DNA of 64,000 nt, taken from assembly GCA_963782135.1 (NCBI GenBank), contig CAWAIG010000002.1, positions 456,756 through 520,755 of the forward strand, read 5' to 3'. The number at the start of each line of letters is the position of its first letter. Within the stretch, counting starts at the first letter, position 1. A program made the position numbers and the translations under genes. Below the pieces are notes generated by a model. It was given only the letters and a program-made list of their open reading frames with translations. It was not told where the DNA came from and did not search any database. This document shows, in pieces, positions 1 through 9,975 of the stretch. The DNA is from an uncultured Acidobacteriota bacterium. Lineage in GTDB: Bacteria > Acidobacteriota > Terriglobia > Acidiferrales > UBA7541.

Positions 1-34
1 CTTGCCATTCGCCAGCAGACAAACAAACGGATTG

Positions 35-361
35 TCAAGCTTCGTGCGCTAGAAGCCCCAGCACTTGTTGCTTGGTTGCGCCACGGATCTCGATGCGCTT
101 TGTGCGGCTGCGCTCGCCGCCAAGAATTCTAACAGCCGACTTGGGTGTTTTCAAAAGATGCGCAAGGAATTCGATTAGCGCCTCATTCGCCCGGTTTTCC
201 AAGGCTTGCGCTTGCAGCCGGATTTTCAAGGCGCCTTCGATCACACCGGCGATTTCGTCTTTGCTCGCCCTTGGCTGTACACGCACAAGAAAAGAAACTG
301 TGCCGGCGGCCAGGTTCTCTGATAGTTCCGGGAACATCCTGCTCTCACCAAGCTCTTTCAT
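35..361 (-). CDS. yggU: DUF167/YggU family protein (start may be 334)
   Basis: VRVQPRASKDEI...LKIRLQA...RANEALIEFLA...GERSRTKRIEI matches DUF167; lies near yggS. Confidence 0.85.
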   Translation of the reverse strand: MKELGESRMFPELSENLAAGTVSFLVRVQPRASKDEIAGVIEGALKIRLQAQALENRANEALIEFLAHLLKTPKSAVRILGGERSRTKRIEIRGATKQQVLGLLAHEA

Positions 362-1403
362 ATTGCGCGGGAGCCTTGATCTTCACATCGAGCGCTTTCG
401 CCGCTCTCCGTGGCCAATAAGGATCGCGGAGCAGTTCACGGGCAAGAAAAACTAGATCCGCCTGTTCGGTCGCCAGAATCGTTTCCGCTTGTACGGCCTC
501 GCTGATCATCCCAACGGCTCCCGTCGCAATCCCAGCCTCCTTGCGGATCGCTTCGGCAAATCCGGTTTGATATCCCGGGCCCAGTGGAATCTTCACACCA
601 GGCGCCGCTCCTCCGCTCGAAACGTCAATCAGATCCACACCTAGCGGCTTCAACTGCTGGGCAAGGACAATCGTCTGCGCCAAATCCCAGCCGCCCTCCT
701 TCCAATCGGTTGCCGACACGCGCACGAACAGGGGCAGCCGTTGGGGCCAGACTTCTCGCAGCGCGCTCACCACCTGTTTCACAATGCGCACTCGGTTTTC
801 ATGCCCGCCGCCATATTCGTCCGTGCGCGCATTGCTCAGCGGCGATAGGAATTGGTGCAGCAAATACCCATGAGCCGCATGGATCTCCAGAACCTCGAAG
901 CCTGCCACCAGTGCGCGTTCCGCGGACTTCCGAAACGCCCCAACAATTTCTCCAATCTCGTTCACGGATAATGCGCGCGGCACGGCGTATCCCGAGTCAA
1001 ACGCCAGGGCACTCGGCGCAACTGGCTCCCAGCCGCCCTCCTGGACCGCGACGGGTTTGCCTCCCGTCCAAGGCGGCGCCGTGCTTGCCTTTCGCCCGGC
1101 GTGCGCGATCTGCATCCCCGGAACCGCGCCATGTGACCGAATAAACTCAACAATGGGCCGCCACGACTCGATGTGCGCGTCTTCGTAAATCCCGGTGTCC
1201 GCCGACGATATTCTTCCGCGCTCTTCCACGGCGCTCGCCTCCGTAAATACCAGCCCCGCGCCCCCAATCGCCCTGCTTCCCAAATGCACGAGATGCCACG
1301 TCTGCGGATGCCCGTCTTTCGCCGAGTATTCGCACATCGGCGAAACCACGATGCGGTTTTTCAATTCAATCTCTCGCATTCGAAACGGGCTAAAAAGCTT
1401 CAT
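345..1403 (-). CDS. NADH:flavin oxidoreductase, old yellow enzyme (YqjM/NamA-like)
   Basis: NRIVVSPMCEYSA, QIAHAGRKAS, EIHAAHGYLLHQFLSPLSNARTDEYGG, RELLRDPYWP motifs. Confidence 0.92.
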   Translation of the reverse strand: MKLFSPFRMREIELKNRIVVSPMCEYSAKDGHPQTWHLVHLGSRAIGGAGLVFTEASAVEERGRISSADTGIYEDAHIESWRPIVEFIRSHGAVPGMQIAHAGRKASTAPPWTGGKPVAVQEGGWEPVAPSALAFDSGYAVPRALSVNEIGEIVGAFRKSAERALVAGFEVLEIHAAHGYLLHQFLSPLSNARTDEYGGGHENRVRIVKQVVSALREVWPQRLPLFVRVSATDWKEGGWDLAQTIVLAQQLKPLGVDLIDVSSGGAAPGVKIPLGPGYQTGFAEAIRKEAGIATGAVGMISEAVQAETILATEQADLVFLARELLRDPYWPRRAAKALDVKIKAPAQYERAW

Positions 1404-1421
1404 CCCTGTCTCCCGTGAAAA

Positions 1422-2138
1422 TTATTCACCAGCTCTTGCCACACCGCGCGTTCCAAACAACGCGGTTCCCACGCGTACTTCCGTTGCGCCCTCTTCGATC
1501 GCCACTTCAAAGTCATGCGACATTCCCATCGACAGTACAGGCAGCGCGCGGCCAAGCCTTCCTGCCAACGCGTCCCGCAATTCCCTCAACTTTCTAAAAT
1601 ATGGCCTGGCCTCCTCCGCATTCTCTGTGAACGGTGGAATGCACATCAGCCCCGCCAGCTCCAGCATCGGCAGAGGGGATATCTTTTCGGCAAGAGCGGG
1701 AAGCTCTCCAGCTGCAACGCCGCTCTTCGTCTCCTCCTTCGCAATCTGTACTTCGATGAGTACACGCATCCTCCCGGTTACACCAGATTCGCTCCGCGCG
1801 CGATCCAGCCGCTGGGCTAAGGCAAAATCATCCACGGAATCAACGCTATGAAAGAGCTTCGCCGCCTTCGCCGCCTTATTACTTTGCAGATGTCCGATGA
1901 GATGCCAAGTCGCCCTCAAATCCTGAATCCCACTCTGCTTCCCTTCCCACTCCTGCACCCGGTTTTCTCCAAAATGCCGCAACCCTGCTTCATAGGCTTG
2001 CCGAATTGCTTCCGCCGGATGCGTCTTGGAAACACCGATCAGCGTAATCTCTTCCGCTCGGCGTCCCGCCCTCTGCGCTGCAACAGAAATCCGTTCTTGT
2101 ACCCGCAGCAGATTTTCTATAATCGATGTCATCGTCAT
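1422..2138 (-). CDS. yggS: YggS/PLPBP pyridoxal phosphate homeostasis protein
   Basis: LIGVSKTHP, FGENRVQE, WHLIGHLQSNK, LSMGMSHDFEVAIEEGATEVRVGTALFG; start moved to ATG 2138 to avoid overlapping tmk. Confidence 0.93.
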   Translation of the reverse strand: MTMTSIIENLLRVQERISVAAQRAGRRAEEITLIGVSKTHPAEAIRQAYEAGLRHFGENRVQEWEGKQSGIQDLRATWHLIGHLQSNKAAKAAKLFHSVDSVDDFALAQRLDRARSESGVTGRMRVLIEVQIAKEETKSGVAAGELPALAEKISPLPMLELAGLMCIPPFTENAEEARPYFRKLRELRDALAGRLGRALPVLSMGMSHDFEVAIEEGATEVRVGTALFGTRGVARAGE

Positions 2139-2208
2139 TTTCAAATCCAAATCGTAGCATGCACGGCGTTGCAGCGTTGAGACTCTGCGGTTAGACTGGC
2201 CTTCGCAC

Positions 2209-2913
2209 ATGACTCCGCCTGGAAAACTCATCGCCATCGAAGGCATCGACGGCAGCGGCAAACGGACGCAAGTCGACCTGCTGGAAAAAGCCCTCCTCGC
2301 CAGCGGCCATGCCGTCTTTTCGACTGGATTCCCGCAGTACGGCTCCTGGTTCGGCAAATTGGTCGGCCAATTCCTCAACGGCGATTTTGGCGCGCTCGAA
2401 ACAGTCGATCCACACTTTAGCGCCCTGCTCTATGCGGGCGATCGCTTCGAAGCCAAACCTCGCCTGGAAGCCGCTCTGAACCAAGGCAAAATCGTGCTCG
2501 CCGACCGCTATGTCGGTTCGAATCTCGCCCATCAAACCGCACGCGTCAGCGTGGCGGACCGCCTAGCCTTCATCTCATGGATCGAGCATCTGGAGTACAA
2601 CATTTACAATCTCCCGCGAGAAACGCTGGTGCTTTACCTTCAAGTCCCTCCCCGCAAAGCGCAGGAACTCGTGGCGCGCAAATCCCCGCGCAGCTACACA
2701 AAGGACAAGCAAGATCTACAGGAAGCCAGCCTCCGCCATCTCGAGGAGGCCGCCGCCATGTATGATCAACTTTCACGCCGCCCCAACTGGGCGACCATCC
2801 CTTGTTTCGATGAGGAACGCGGCGCCATGCGCTCTCAAAAACTTATCGCCACGGAAATTCTGGCCGCCGTCTTGCAAGTTCTCTCGCCATCCTTCGCGAA
2901 AGAGGGCCGCTGA
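2209..2913 (+). CDS. tmk: Thymidylate kinase
   Basis: IEGIDGSGKRTQ P-loop, LYAGDR and LADRY motifs; directly upstream of holB. Confidence 0.92.
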   Translation: MTPPGKLIAIEGIDGSGKRTQVDLLEKALLASGHAVFSTGFPQYGSWFGKLVGQFLNGDFGALETVDPHFSALLYAGDRFEAKPRLEAALNQGKIVLADRYVGSNLAHQTARVSVADRLAFISWIEHLEYNIYNLPRETLVLYLQVPPRKAQELVARKSPRSYTKDKQDLQEASLRHLEEAAAMYDQLSRRPNWATIPCFDEERGAMRSQKLIATEILAAVLQVLSPSFAKEGR

Positions 2914-2916
2914 CCC

Positions 2917-4020
2917 ATGGGCTTCTCCGAATTTCTCGGCAATGAACGAATCGTCGCTGCCCTGCGCGGCGCGTTGCGCAGCGATCGCGTTCCTCATGCC
3001 CTTCTCTTCAGCGGCCCGCGCGGCCTCGGCAAGTACACGCTGGCACGCATGTTTGCCCAGGCTGCCAATTGCGAGCGCCTGAAAGACGATTTCTGTGGTG
3101 AATGCGAAACATGCAAGCGCATCGCCTTGCTCGCCGATCCCGAAAAGTTAATCGGCCAAGGCCTCGCCGAGCGCGGCGAGAGCGCCGACGCCGCCACGGT
3201 AGAGCGCGTCCCGCTGATTCTGCAGACGCATCCGGACGTCTGGGCGCTAGTCCCGGACCCGGTGCGCTTGAAGAGTCCCGTGGCGCGGCCCATGCTGCGC
3301 ATCGGCCAACTCCGCGCTGTGCAACGCGCGGCGTACTTCCAACCCGTGGGCCGGCGTCGCGTTTTTATTCTGGATGGCGCGGAGACCATGCGCTGGGATG
3401 TCGCGAACGTATTCTTAAAAATCCTCGAAGAGCCGCCCGGTTCGGCCACGCTCATCTTGATCGCGCCCTCGCCCTACGCTCTGCTCCCCACCATCGTCTC
3501 CCGTTGTATGCAATTTCATTTCGCGCCGCTCTCGCAGGTCGAGGTCGAAAACGTTCTTAAAGAAAAAACCGGCCTCAAGACCCCCGAACTGAAACTTGCC
3601 GCGCAACTTGCCGAAGGCAGCCCCGGCCTGGCTATCGAAATGAATGTGGAAGAAACGGCCGAACGCCGCCGCAGTGTGCTGCGTATCCTTGAGCGCGCCG
3701 CGCGCGGCCAGGGCTTCGCTCAACTGTTCGCTGCAACCTCAGCCCTCGCCAAAGACCGCGAGTCTTCCTTCGAAGATCAGATCGGCGTCTTCTACGGCCT
3801 GCTCACCGATCTCCTGGAGCTCACTTCCGGAGTGAAGCAACCCGTCCTGCGAAATGTTCCGTTGACCAAAGAGCTCGACGCGCTTGCCAAGACCATTGAT
3901 TCGCGGTGGGTCATGCACGCTATCGCTGGCTTCGACGAGTTGCATGCAGGCGCTCGCCGTAACTTGAATCGCCAGCTGGGCCTCGATGCCCTCGCCACCT
4001 CGCTCGCACCAGAGCGGTAG
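2917..4020 (+). CDS. holB: DNA polymerase III subunit delta'
   Basis: HALLFSGPRGLGK, CGECETC zinc motif, HPDV, LKILEEPP, LLPTIVSRC; conserved tmk-holB order. Confidence 0.9.
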   Translation: MGFSEFLGNERIVAALRGALRSDRVPHALLFSGPRGLGKYTLARMFAQAANCERLKDDFCGECETCKRIALLADPEKLIGQGLAERGESADAATVERVPLILQTHPDVWALVPDPVRLKSPVARPMLRIGQLRAVQRAAYFQPVGRRRVFILDGAETMRWDVANVFLKILEEPPGSATLILIAPSPYALLPTIVSRCMQFHFAPLSQVEVENVLKEKTGLKTPELKLAAQLAEGSPGLAIEMNVEETAERRRSVLRILERAARGQGFAQLFAATSALAKDRESSFEDQIGVFYGLLTDLLELTSGVKQPVLRNVPLTKELDALAKTIDSRWVMHAIAGFDELHAGARRNLNRQLGLDALATSLAPER

Positions 4021-4175
4021 TGCCTTGCGTTCCGACCCCTAATTTAAACCTTTTTATTTCAGCCTATTTCAGCATTAAGTTGCATTAATTTTTTTCGCCT
4101 CCGCCTGTAACCCAACGCCTCAGCTATGCATCTCACCAAGTGAACTCACCCCACCGTTAGCTGCAAGGAGAAGTC

Positions 4176-4511
4176 ATGGTGAACCGCAGGATGTTTCGCC
4201 CGGGATTTCCGGACGTAAAGGAGCAGCCACCTCAGAGGATCCCCCATAACGGCCCCGCGCCCAGCAAGAAGCCTGCGCCGCCGGAAACGACCCACGCCGA
4301 GAACTTCTACTGGGTCAAGCAGATGCAAGGCCACACCCCAATGGTCGTGGTTCTCGACAACGGCGAATCACTTCGAGGCACGGTCGAATGGTACGACCGC
4401 GATTGCATCAAGCTCACGCGTCAGGGCAGTCCCAATCTGCTGATTTTCAAGCGCGTCATTAAGTATGTTCATAAAGATGGGGAAGAAGCGGCCGCCGGCG
4501 GCGACGAATAG
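4176..4511 (+). CDS. Divergent Hfq/LSm-like RNA chaperone
   Basis: MVVVLDNGESLRGTVEWYD...LLIFKRVIKYV aligns by eye with Hfq Sm1/Sm2; Pro-rich N-terminal extension. Confidence 0.7.
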   Translation: MVNRRMFRPGFPDVKEQPPQRIPHNGPAPSKKPAPPETTHAENFYWVKQMQGHTPMVVVLDNGESLRGTVEWYDRDCIKLTRQGSPNLLIFKRVIKYVHKDGEEAAAGGDE

Positions 4512-4586
4512 ACGCCTCGGCTGTTCCGTTTCTGGCTTTAGCTTCTAATCTTCAACTCTCTGACTCATTCTTCTTGCTTCGAAGTC

Positions 4587-5036
4587 TCACTGCGGACTAA
4601 TCGAGTGCCCTCGCGCTGCTCCAAAGGTGAGTAGGGCCTTGGCAGCCAGTGTGCCGTTGTCTTTATAAATCTCGCATTCCGTCACGACGAAATTCCGTCC
4701 GGTGCGCAAAACGCGCCCTTCCGCCCGGATTCGCCCACCCGGCACAGCCTCCAGAAAATTTATTTTCATCTCCACTGTTGCGATCTCTGTCCCCTTAGGC
4801 ACGGTCGTATATGCCGCAATCGCTGCCACCGTATCCGCCACCGTCGCCAAAACTCCCCCGTGCACTACCCCGTGAAGCTGCTTGTGCCTCGGCTTGATTC
4901 TCATGCTGAAAACAACATGCCCCTTCTCCAAACTCTCAAGGTTGAGGCCCAGCAGCGAAGTCGCCCCGCTCTCGTTCGTCCTACGCCGCAGAGCCGCTTC
5001 ATATTTCTTCAAATCAGTAAGCAATTCTGACTTCAT
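4587..5036 (-). CDS. PaaI family hotdog thioesterase
   Basis: HGVVHGGVLATVADT and TVEMKINFL motifs. Confidence 0.9.
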   Translation of the reverse strand: MKSELLTDLKKYEAALRRRTNESGATSLLGLNLESLEKGHVVFSMRIKPRHKQLHGVVHGGVLATVADTVAAIAAYTTVPKGTEIATVEMKINFLEAVPGGRIRAEGRVLRTGRNFVVTECEIYKDNGTLAAKALLTFGAARGHSISPQ

Positions 5037-5054
5037 CAGGTCCTCTAGCTCCTC

Positions 5055-5819
5055 TCAATATGCCGAAAGCCCGCCATCCAGCGGAATCGCCGCTCCCGTC
5101 AACCAACTCGATTCCTCCGACGCCAAAAACACCGCCATTTCAGCCACATCTGCCGGCCGCCCCATCCGGCCCAACGGAATCTGCCCAATTCTCGCCTTGC
5201 GCAAGGCCCTTCCCTCTTCAGAGGCCGCAAAAAGCCCTTGCACAAGTTCCGTCTCGACAATCGACGGACAGATGCAGTTCGACCGCACATTTTCATGCGC
5301 GTGATCCAGCGCCATCGCCTTCGTCAGCAAAGTTACTCCACCTTTTGACGCGCAATACGCCGCGCGATCCTTCATCGCCACCAACCCCAGCACCGAGCTG
5401 ACGTTCACTATCGCCCCACCCCCGGCTTTGCGGAACTCTGGCAGCGCCGCTTTACACATCAAGAACGGCCCCGTCAGATTGATCTTCATGAGCTTGTCCC
5501 ACTGCTCCTCGCTAGTCCCCTCAATCGTCGCGGCGTGTAAAACCCCCGCGTTGTTCACCAATACATTCAATTCCCCATACGCCTTCACCGTCTCCCGCAC
5601 CGCCCGCTCCGCATCCTTGGCCTTCGCCACGTCACAAACAATTGCCAACCCTTCCCCACCCTGCTTTTCCAACTCCCGCAAGGTCTCTGAGAGCTTCTCT
5701 TTCCGCCTTCCCGCCACCGCAACTTTGGCCCCTTCCCGCGCAAACGCCAACGCGATCGCCCGTCCAATCCCCGTTCCCCCGCCCGTAATCAGAGCCACCT
5801 TCCCGGCCAGTCGTGTCAC
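5055..5819 (-). CDS. SDR family oxidoreductase
   Basis: TGGGTGIG, NNAG and YCASK motifs. Confidence 0.93.
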   Translation of the reverse strand: MTRLAGKVALITGGGTGIGRAIALAFAREGAKVAVAGRRKEKLSETLRELEKQGGEGLAIVCDVAKAKDAERAVRETVKAYGELNVLVNNAGVLHAATIEGTSEEQWDKLMKINLTGPFLMCKAALPEFRKAGGGAIVNVSSVLGLVAMKDRAAYCASKGGVTLLTKAMALDHAHENVRSNCICPSIVETELVQGLFAASEEGRALRKARIGQIPLGRMGRPADVAEMAVFLASEESSWLTGAAIPLDGGLSAY

Positions 5820-6000
5820 GGTTTTGCCCCCTCTCGCGTCTAATGGAGTGCCTTTGCGGCCTCACCCAAAGGGTGGGCGCGCGCCTCCGGGTGGGTGTGC
5901 GCCAAAGATGTCCGAATCTGCGCAATGGCGCCGTTTTGCCGGTAGAATGCTGCCCTATCTGCGCGGGATTAACAACTGAGGATGGCGGAGATCCTCCTTC

Positions 6001-7140
6001 ATGAAAATTGGCATCACCTGCTACCCCACCTACGGCGGCTCCGGCGTCGTCGCCACCGAACTCGGCCAGGAACTTGCCGCCCGCAGCCACGACATTCATT
6101 TCATCAGCTATGCTCCGCCTATCCGCATGAATCCCAACGACCCCCACATTCATTTTCACGAGGTGGAAGTCGCCAGCTATCCGCTTTTCGATCATCCGCC
6201 TTACACCCTTGCTCTCGCTACGAAGATGCTCGAAGTTTTCGAGGCTGAATCCCTCGACCTCCTCCACGTGCACTACGCTATTCCCCATTCCGTTAGCGCC
6301 CTCCTGGCGCGTTCGATGGCCGCCCCGCGACGTCTGCCTTTTATAACCACTCTTCACGGCACCGACATCACCCTTGTCGGCAGCAACCGTAGCTATCTCC
6401 CCATCACAAAATTTTCCATCGAGCAAAGTGACGGCGTCACCGCCATCTCCCGCTACCTCCTCAACCAAACGATCAAAGAGTTCGACATCAAGCGCCCCAT
6501 CGAAGTCATCCCTAATTTTGTGAATTGCGATCTGTACACGCGCAAACCGCAGCCCGCCCTCCGCGAACAATGGGCGCCCAACGGCGAACCCATCCTCATG
6601 CATCTCTCCAATTTCCGTCCCGTAAAACGCCTTACGGACGTCGTCGAGATTTTCGCCCTGGTCCGCGCAAAAATGCCCGCCAAACTAGTTTTAATCGGCG
6701 ATGGCCCCGACCGTGGCGCCGCCGAATACCTCGTCCGCAAAAAACGCCTGCAAAAAGATGTGATTTTTCTGGGGAAGCAAAACGGTGTCTACGAAAAACT
6801 CGCCGTAGCCGATCTTTTCCTAATGCCGTCGCAGCTAGAATCCTTCGGCCTGGCCGCCCTCGAAGCTATGGCCTGCGAAGTCCCGGTGATAGCCACAAAT
6901 GTCGGTGGCGTCCCCGAGGTCGTCGAGCACGGCGTCGACGGCTACCTCGTCGAACCCGGGGACGTAAAAGAAGCCGCCCACTACGCCATCGAAATACTCT
7001 CCCGCGCCGACCGCGGCCGCGAGATGGGCCAAGTTGCCCGCATCAACGCCAAGAAAAAATTCTGCGCCAACGACGTCATCCCCGCCTACGAAGCCTACTA
7101 CCGCCGCGTCCTCGAACAATCCTCCGCCGCCCGAGCGTAG
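6001..7140 (+). CDS. bshA: N-acetyl-alpha-D-glucosaminyl L-malate synthase (GT4)
   Basis: [63 protein letters not shown]. Confidence 0.92.
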   Translation: MKIGITCYPTYGGSGVVATELGQELAARSHDIHFISYAPPIRMNPNDPHIHFHEVEVASYPLFDHPPYTLALATKMLEVFEAESLDLLHVHYAIPHSVSALLARSMAAPRRLPFITTLHGTDITLVGSNRSYLPITKFSIEQSDGVTAISRYLLNQTIKEFDIKRPIEVIPNFVNCDLYTRKPQPALREQWAPNGEPILMHLSNFRPVKRLTDVVEIFALVRAKMPAKLVLIGDGPDRGAAEYLVRKKRLQKDVIFLGKQNGVYEKLAVADLFLMPSQLESFGLAALEAMACEVPVIATNVGGVPEVVEHGVDGYLVEPGDVKEAAHYAIEILSRADRGREMGQVARINAKKKFCANDVIPAYEAYYRRVLEQSSAARA

Positions 7141-7282
7141 TCTCCGATTTCTCCGTGCCCTCTGCTCCCTCTGTGACCTCAGTGTTAAAAAAGTAATTCC
7201 AATCTACACCCACTGAAAATTCATTCGCATGACAATCTCCCTGAAAGCGTTTATCTTCACTCTTCCCGGAGGCCAAGCCCCC

Positions 7283-8353
7283 ATGAATCGTCGTGACTTC
7301 GTCCAACTCTCTCTCTCCACTCTCGCCGCCTCTGCCCTCCCACCATCCCCCGAACTCCCCAAGCTCTGCGAACTCGCCCGCTCAAAAGGCCTCTTCTTCG
7401 GAACCGCCGTCTCCGACTCTCAACTCAAGCGCCCCGATCTCACCCCTCTAATCGTCGACCAATGCTCCATCCTCGTTGCCGAAAACGAAATGAAGTGGAC
7501 CGCCACTCAACCCGCCCCCGATCGCTTCGATTTCACGAAAGCCGACTTTTTCATGAAGTTCGCCGAATCCAATCACCTTCTAGCACGGGGCCACAATCTC
7601 TGCTGGCACCAATACAATCCCGCCTGGCTCGACTCCGTGCTGACCTCCCAAAACAGCGCTACTTTCTTCACCGATCACATCCGCACGGTGGTCTCCCGTT
7701 ACAAAGGCCGTATCCACTCCTGGGACGTTGTCAATGAGGCCATCCGCCCCGAGCACAAAAACCATAACGACCTCACCACCTCCATCTGGCTCACCAACAT
7801 TGGCGAGGACTACATCGACCTCGCCTACCGTACCGCCGCCGAGGCCGACCCCAACGCCCTCCTTACCTATAACGACTTCGATATCGAAACCGACTTCCCC
7901 CCACATCAAGTCAAACGCGAAGCCGTCCTCGCCATGCTTCATCGCCTCCTCAAAAAAGGCACACCCATTCATGCTCTCGGCGTGCAAGGTCACCTCCACG
8001 CCTACCAAGGCTCTTCTACGTTTAACGGATTTAATAAGTTCTTAAAGGAAGTCGAAAAACTTAACCTGCAAGTCTTCGTCACCGAACTCGACGTCGACGA
8101 TTCTCTCTTACTCGCCGATATTCCCGAACGCGATCGCCTGGTGGCCGAATTCTACAAATCTTTCCTCGACAACATCCTCCGCCACTCCTCCGTCAAAGCC
8201 GTCCTCACCTGGGGCCTCTCCGATCGCGACTCCTGGCTCCAAAACTTCCGCCCCCGCAAAGACGGCCTACCCCAGCGTCCTCTCCCTTTTGACGCCCAAC
8301 TCAGCCCAAAACCCGCCTTCTTCGCCCTCCGCGACGTCCTCTCCGCGCGCTAA
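7283..8353 (+). CDS. Tat-exported GH10 endo-1,4-beta-xylanase-like protein
   Basis: MNRRDF twin-arginine leader; ENEMKW, RGHNLCWH, WDVVNEA and VTELDV catalytic motifs. Confidence 0.88.
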   Translation: MNRRDFVQLSLSTLAASALPPSPELPKLCELARSKGLFFGTAVSDSQLKRPDLTPLIVDQCSILVAENEMKWTATQPAPDRFDFTKADFFMKFAESNHLLARGHNLCWHQYNPAWLDSVLTSQNSATFFTDHIRTVVSRYKGRIHSWDVVNEAIRPEHKNHNDLTTSIWLTNIGEDYIDLAYRTAAEADPNALLTYNDFDIETDFPPHQVKREAVLAMLHRLLKKGTPIHALGVQGHLHAYQGSSTFNGFNKFLKEVEKLNLQVFVTELDVDDSLLLADIPERDRLVAEFYKSFLDNILRHSSVKAVLTWGLSDRDSWLQNFRPRKDGLPQRPLPFDAQLSPKPAFFALRDVLSAR

Positions 8354-8423
8354 TCCCCGAGCGGCATCTGCTGTCTTCCTGGTTCTGGGAAACAATCGCG
8401 TTTAATGCTCTGTCTGTCGCACT

Positions 8424-9776
8424 TTAAGGCGTGGCCCGTGCGTAGCTCGGAGCGTGGGGTGTTAACCTGCGTATGACAAACTCTTGCAGAAGATTAGCGG
8501 CAGCGGTGGTGCCAATCCCGATGAGCGCGTTTTCGAACGTTAATGCCGCGTCGTTACGATCCGACGCTGGGTAATAGAGATTCGAAATCCCTCCTGACGC
8601 GAGGCCGCCCAGGATACTCGAGTAATTTGCCTGCCACTTCCCGTTGTCGCCCTTGCAAATCACCGAATTGGCCATCGCATACAAAGCCCGCGACCGCCTG
8701 CTGCCAGTTCCTTTGTAAAAGTAGCGCGGGTCCTGTTTAAAAAGTGACGGCAGCAGAGCGCTTCCGATAAACGTGCCTGTAACAAAATTGGCATACGACG
8801 CGCCGAAGCGCTTCGCATAACCCTGAGCGCCTTGTCCATATCCATTGAAAGTATCTGTCGCCTGCTCAATTCCCGCAACCGCTCCCGTCAGTCCAAAGTT
8901 GACCGGATCCACTGTGGTCTTCCACGCTAGCTCGAACTTTTGCTTCGGGGTGAGAGGAAACGCTGAGGGGTCATACGTCACATAGAAGTTGGGAACCACG
9001 CCTAGGACACGCTGCTTTTCCTCGTCCTTAATCTCCGCCTCGGCCAACTCAGTCCGCGACATCGCGACACGCACTTCAACCGAAGCGCTGGCAACAACTA
9101 GCTCGATCGGCGGCGCATTGTAGCTTTCCCCTGAATGCAGAGTTCCAAAGATGGTTGCCGTTGCGAAGCCCGTCGACATCGCCGTCAACTGGAATGGTCC
9201 GGGTGCGATGCCAGAAAATGAGTATCGTCCATCGCTATCCGACATTGCCTCTTGGCTTAGCGAGGCATCTTCACGCGAGATCCTCACGCGAACTCCGGCA
9301 ACAGCGGCTCCCGTCTGATCAACAACCGCTCCGCCTACGCTTCCCGTCAATTCCTGGCTCGCTGGCTGCCGGAGGGCAGCCACCACTGTTCCGGTTGTGT
9401 CTCTTGAAGTACGCTCCGCTCCCCGCTCTATAAAAATATCTTGAGACTCAGCCCGCGCCGGGATCCCACAAACCAGCATCACACCCACCCCGAGCCAGAG
9501 TAACCTTCCACCGCCGCCCGGGCCCCGGCGGTCAAACACGGCCCTCCAGCCCTTGGGACTCGCAGCTTTGTTCTCGAAGCTATTTTCCCTGGGGTTCACG
9601 CTCGTTCCTCTATGCTTTCTATCTTTCTTCCCGCAATCGTTCACTCGGGTTCCCGCAAGGCTTCGCTCTACCAAGCCGCCTGTGCCTTCCCTGTCATGAA
9701 TCCTTTGGATGATGCCGAGCTGCCTCCTGGTTGGTTCCCTTTTTGGCGAATCTGGATGCAGAACTTCCTTCGCCAT
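8424..9776 (-). CDS. Carboxypeptidase-regulatory-like domain protein (start uncertain)
   Basis: GAVVDQTGAAVAGVRV...SDSDGRYSFSGIAPGPF domain followed by EEKQRVLGVVPNFYV...QDPRYFYKG region. Confidence 0.7.
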   Translation of the reverse strand: MAKEVLHPDSPKREPTRRQLGIIQRIHDREGTGGLVERSLAGTRVNDCGKKDRKHRGTSVNPRENSFENKAASPKGWRAVFDRRGPGGGGRLLWLGVGVMLVCGIPARAESQDIFIERGAERTSRDTTGTVVAALRQPASQELTGSVGGAVVDQTGAAVAGVRVRISREDASLSQEAMSDSDGRYSFSGIAPGPFQLTAMSTGFATATIFGTLHSGESYNAPPIELVVASASVEVRVAMSRTELAEAEIKDEEKQRVLGVVPNFYVTYDPSAFPLTPKQKFELAWKTTVDPVNFGLTGAVAGIEQATDTFNGYGQGAQGYAKRFGASYANFVTGTFIGSALLPSLFKQDPRYFYKGTGSRRSRALYAMANSVICKGDNGKWQANYSSILGGLASGGISNLYYPASDRNDAALTFENALIGIGTTAAANLLQEFVIRRLTPHAPSYARATP

Positions 9777-9975
9777 CTCATCGAGAGTCTTACTCTGTCA
9801 AGTATAGATTATCCGATATGCAAGAGGGTGCAATCCCCAAAGAGGTCAGTACGTTATCTGGCCATCCGGACAGGGCATGGCCAAAGGATTCAGGTTTCTG
9901 CCTGATTCCCGGCTACCTCTTGTGCGCGTCCTCTGTCCAAAATTCCGTACTGTATTTCGCCCAGCTCAGCCAACT

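Noticed and set aside
4106-4134. ECF-like promoter TGTAAC-N16-GCATCT upstream of the hfq-like gene
   Set aside because: Single instance with no corroborating copy in the window.
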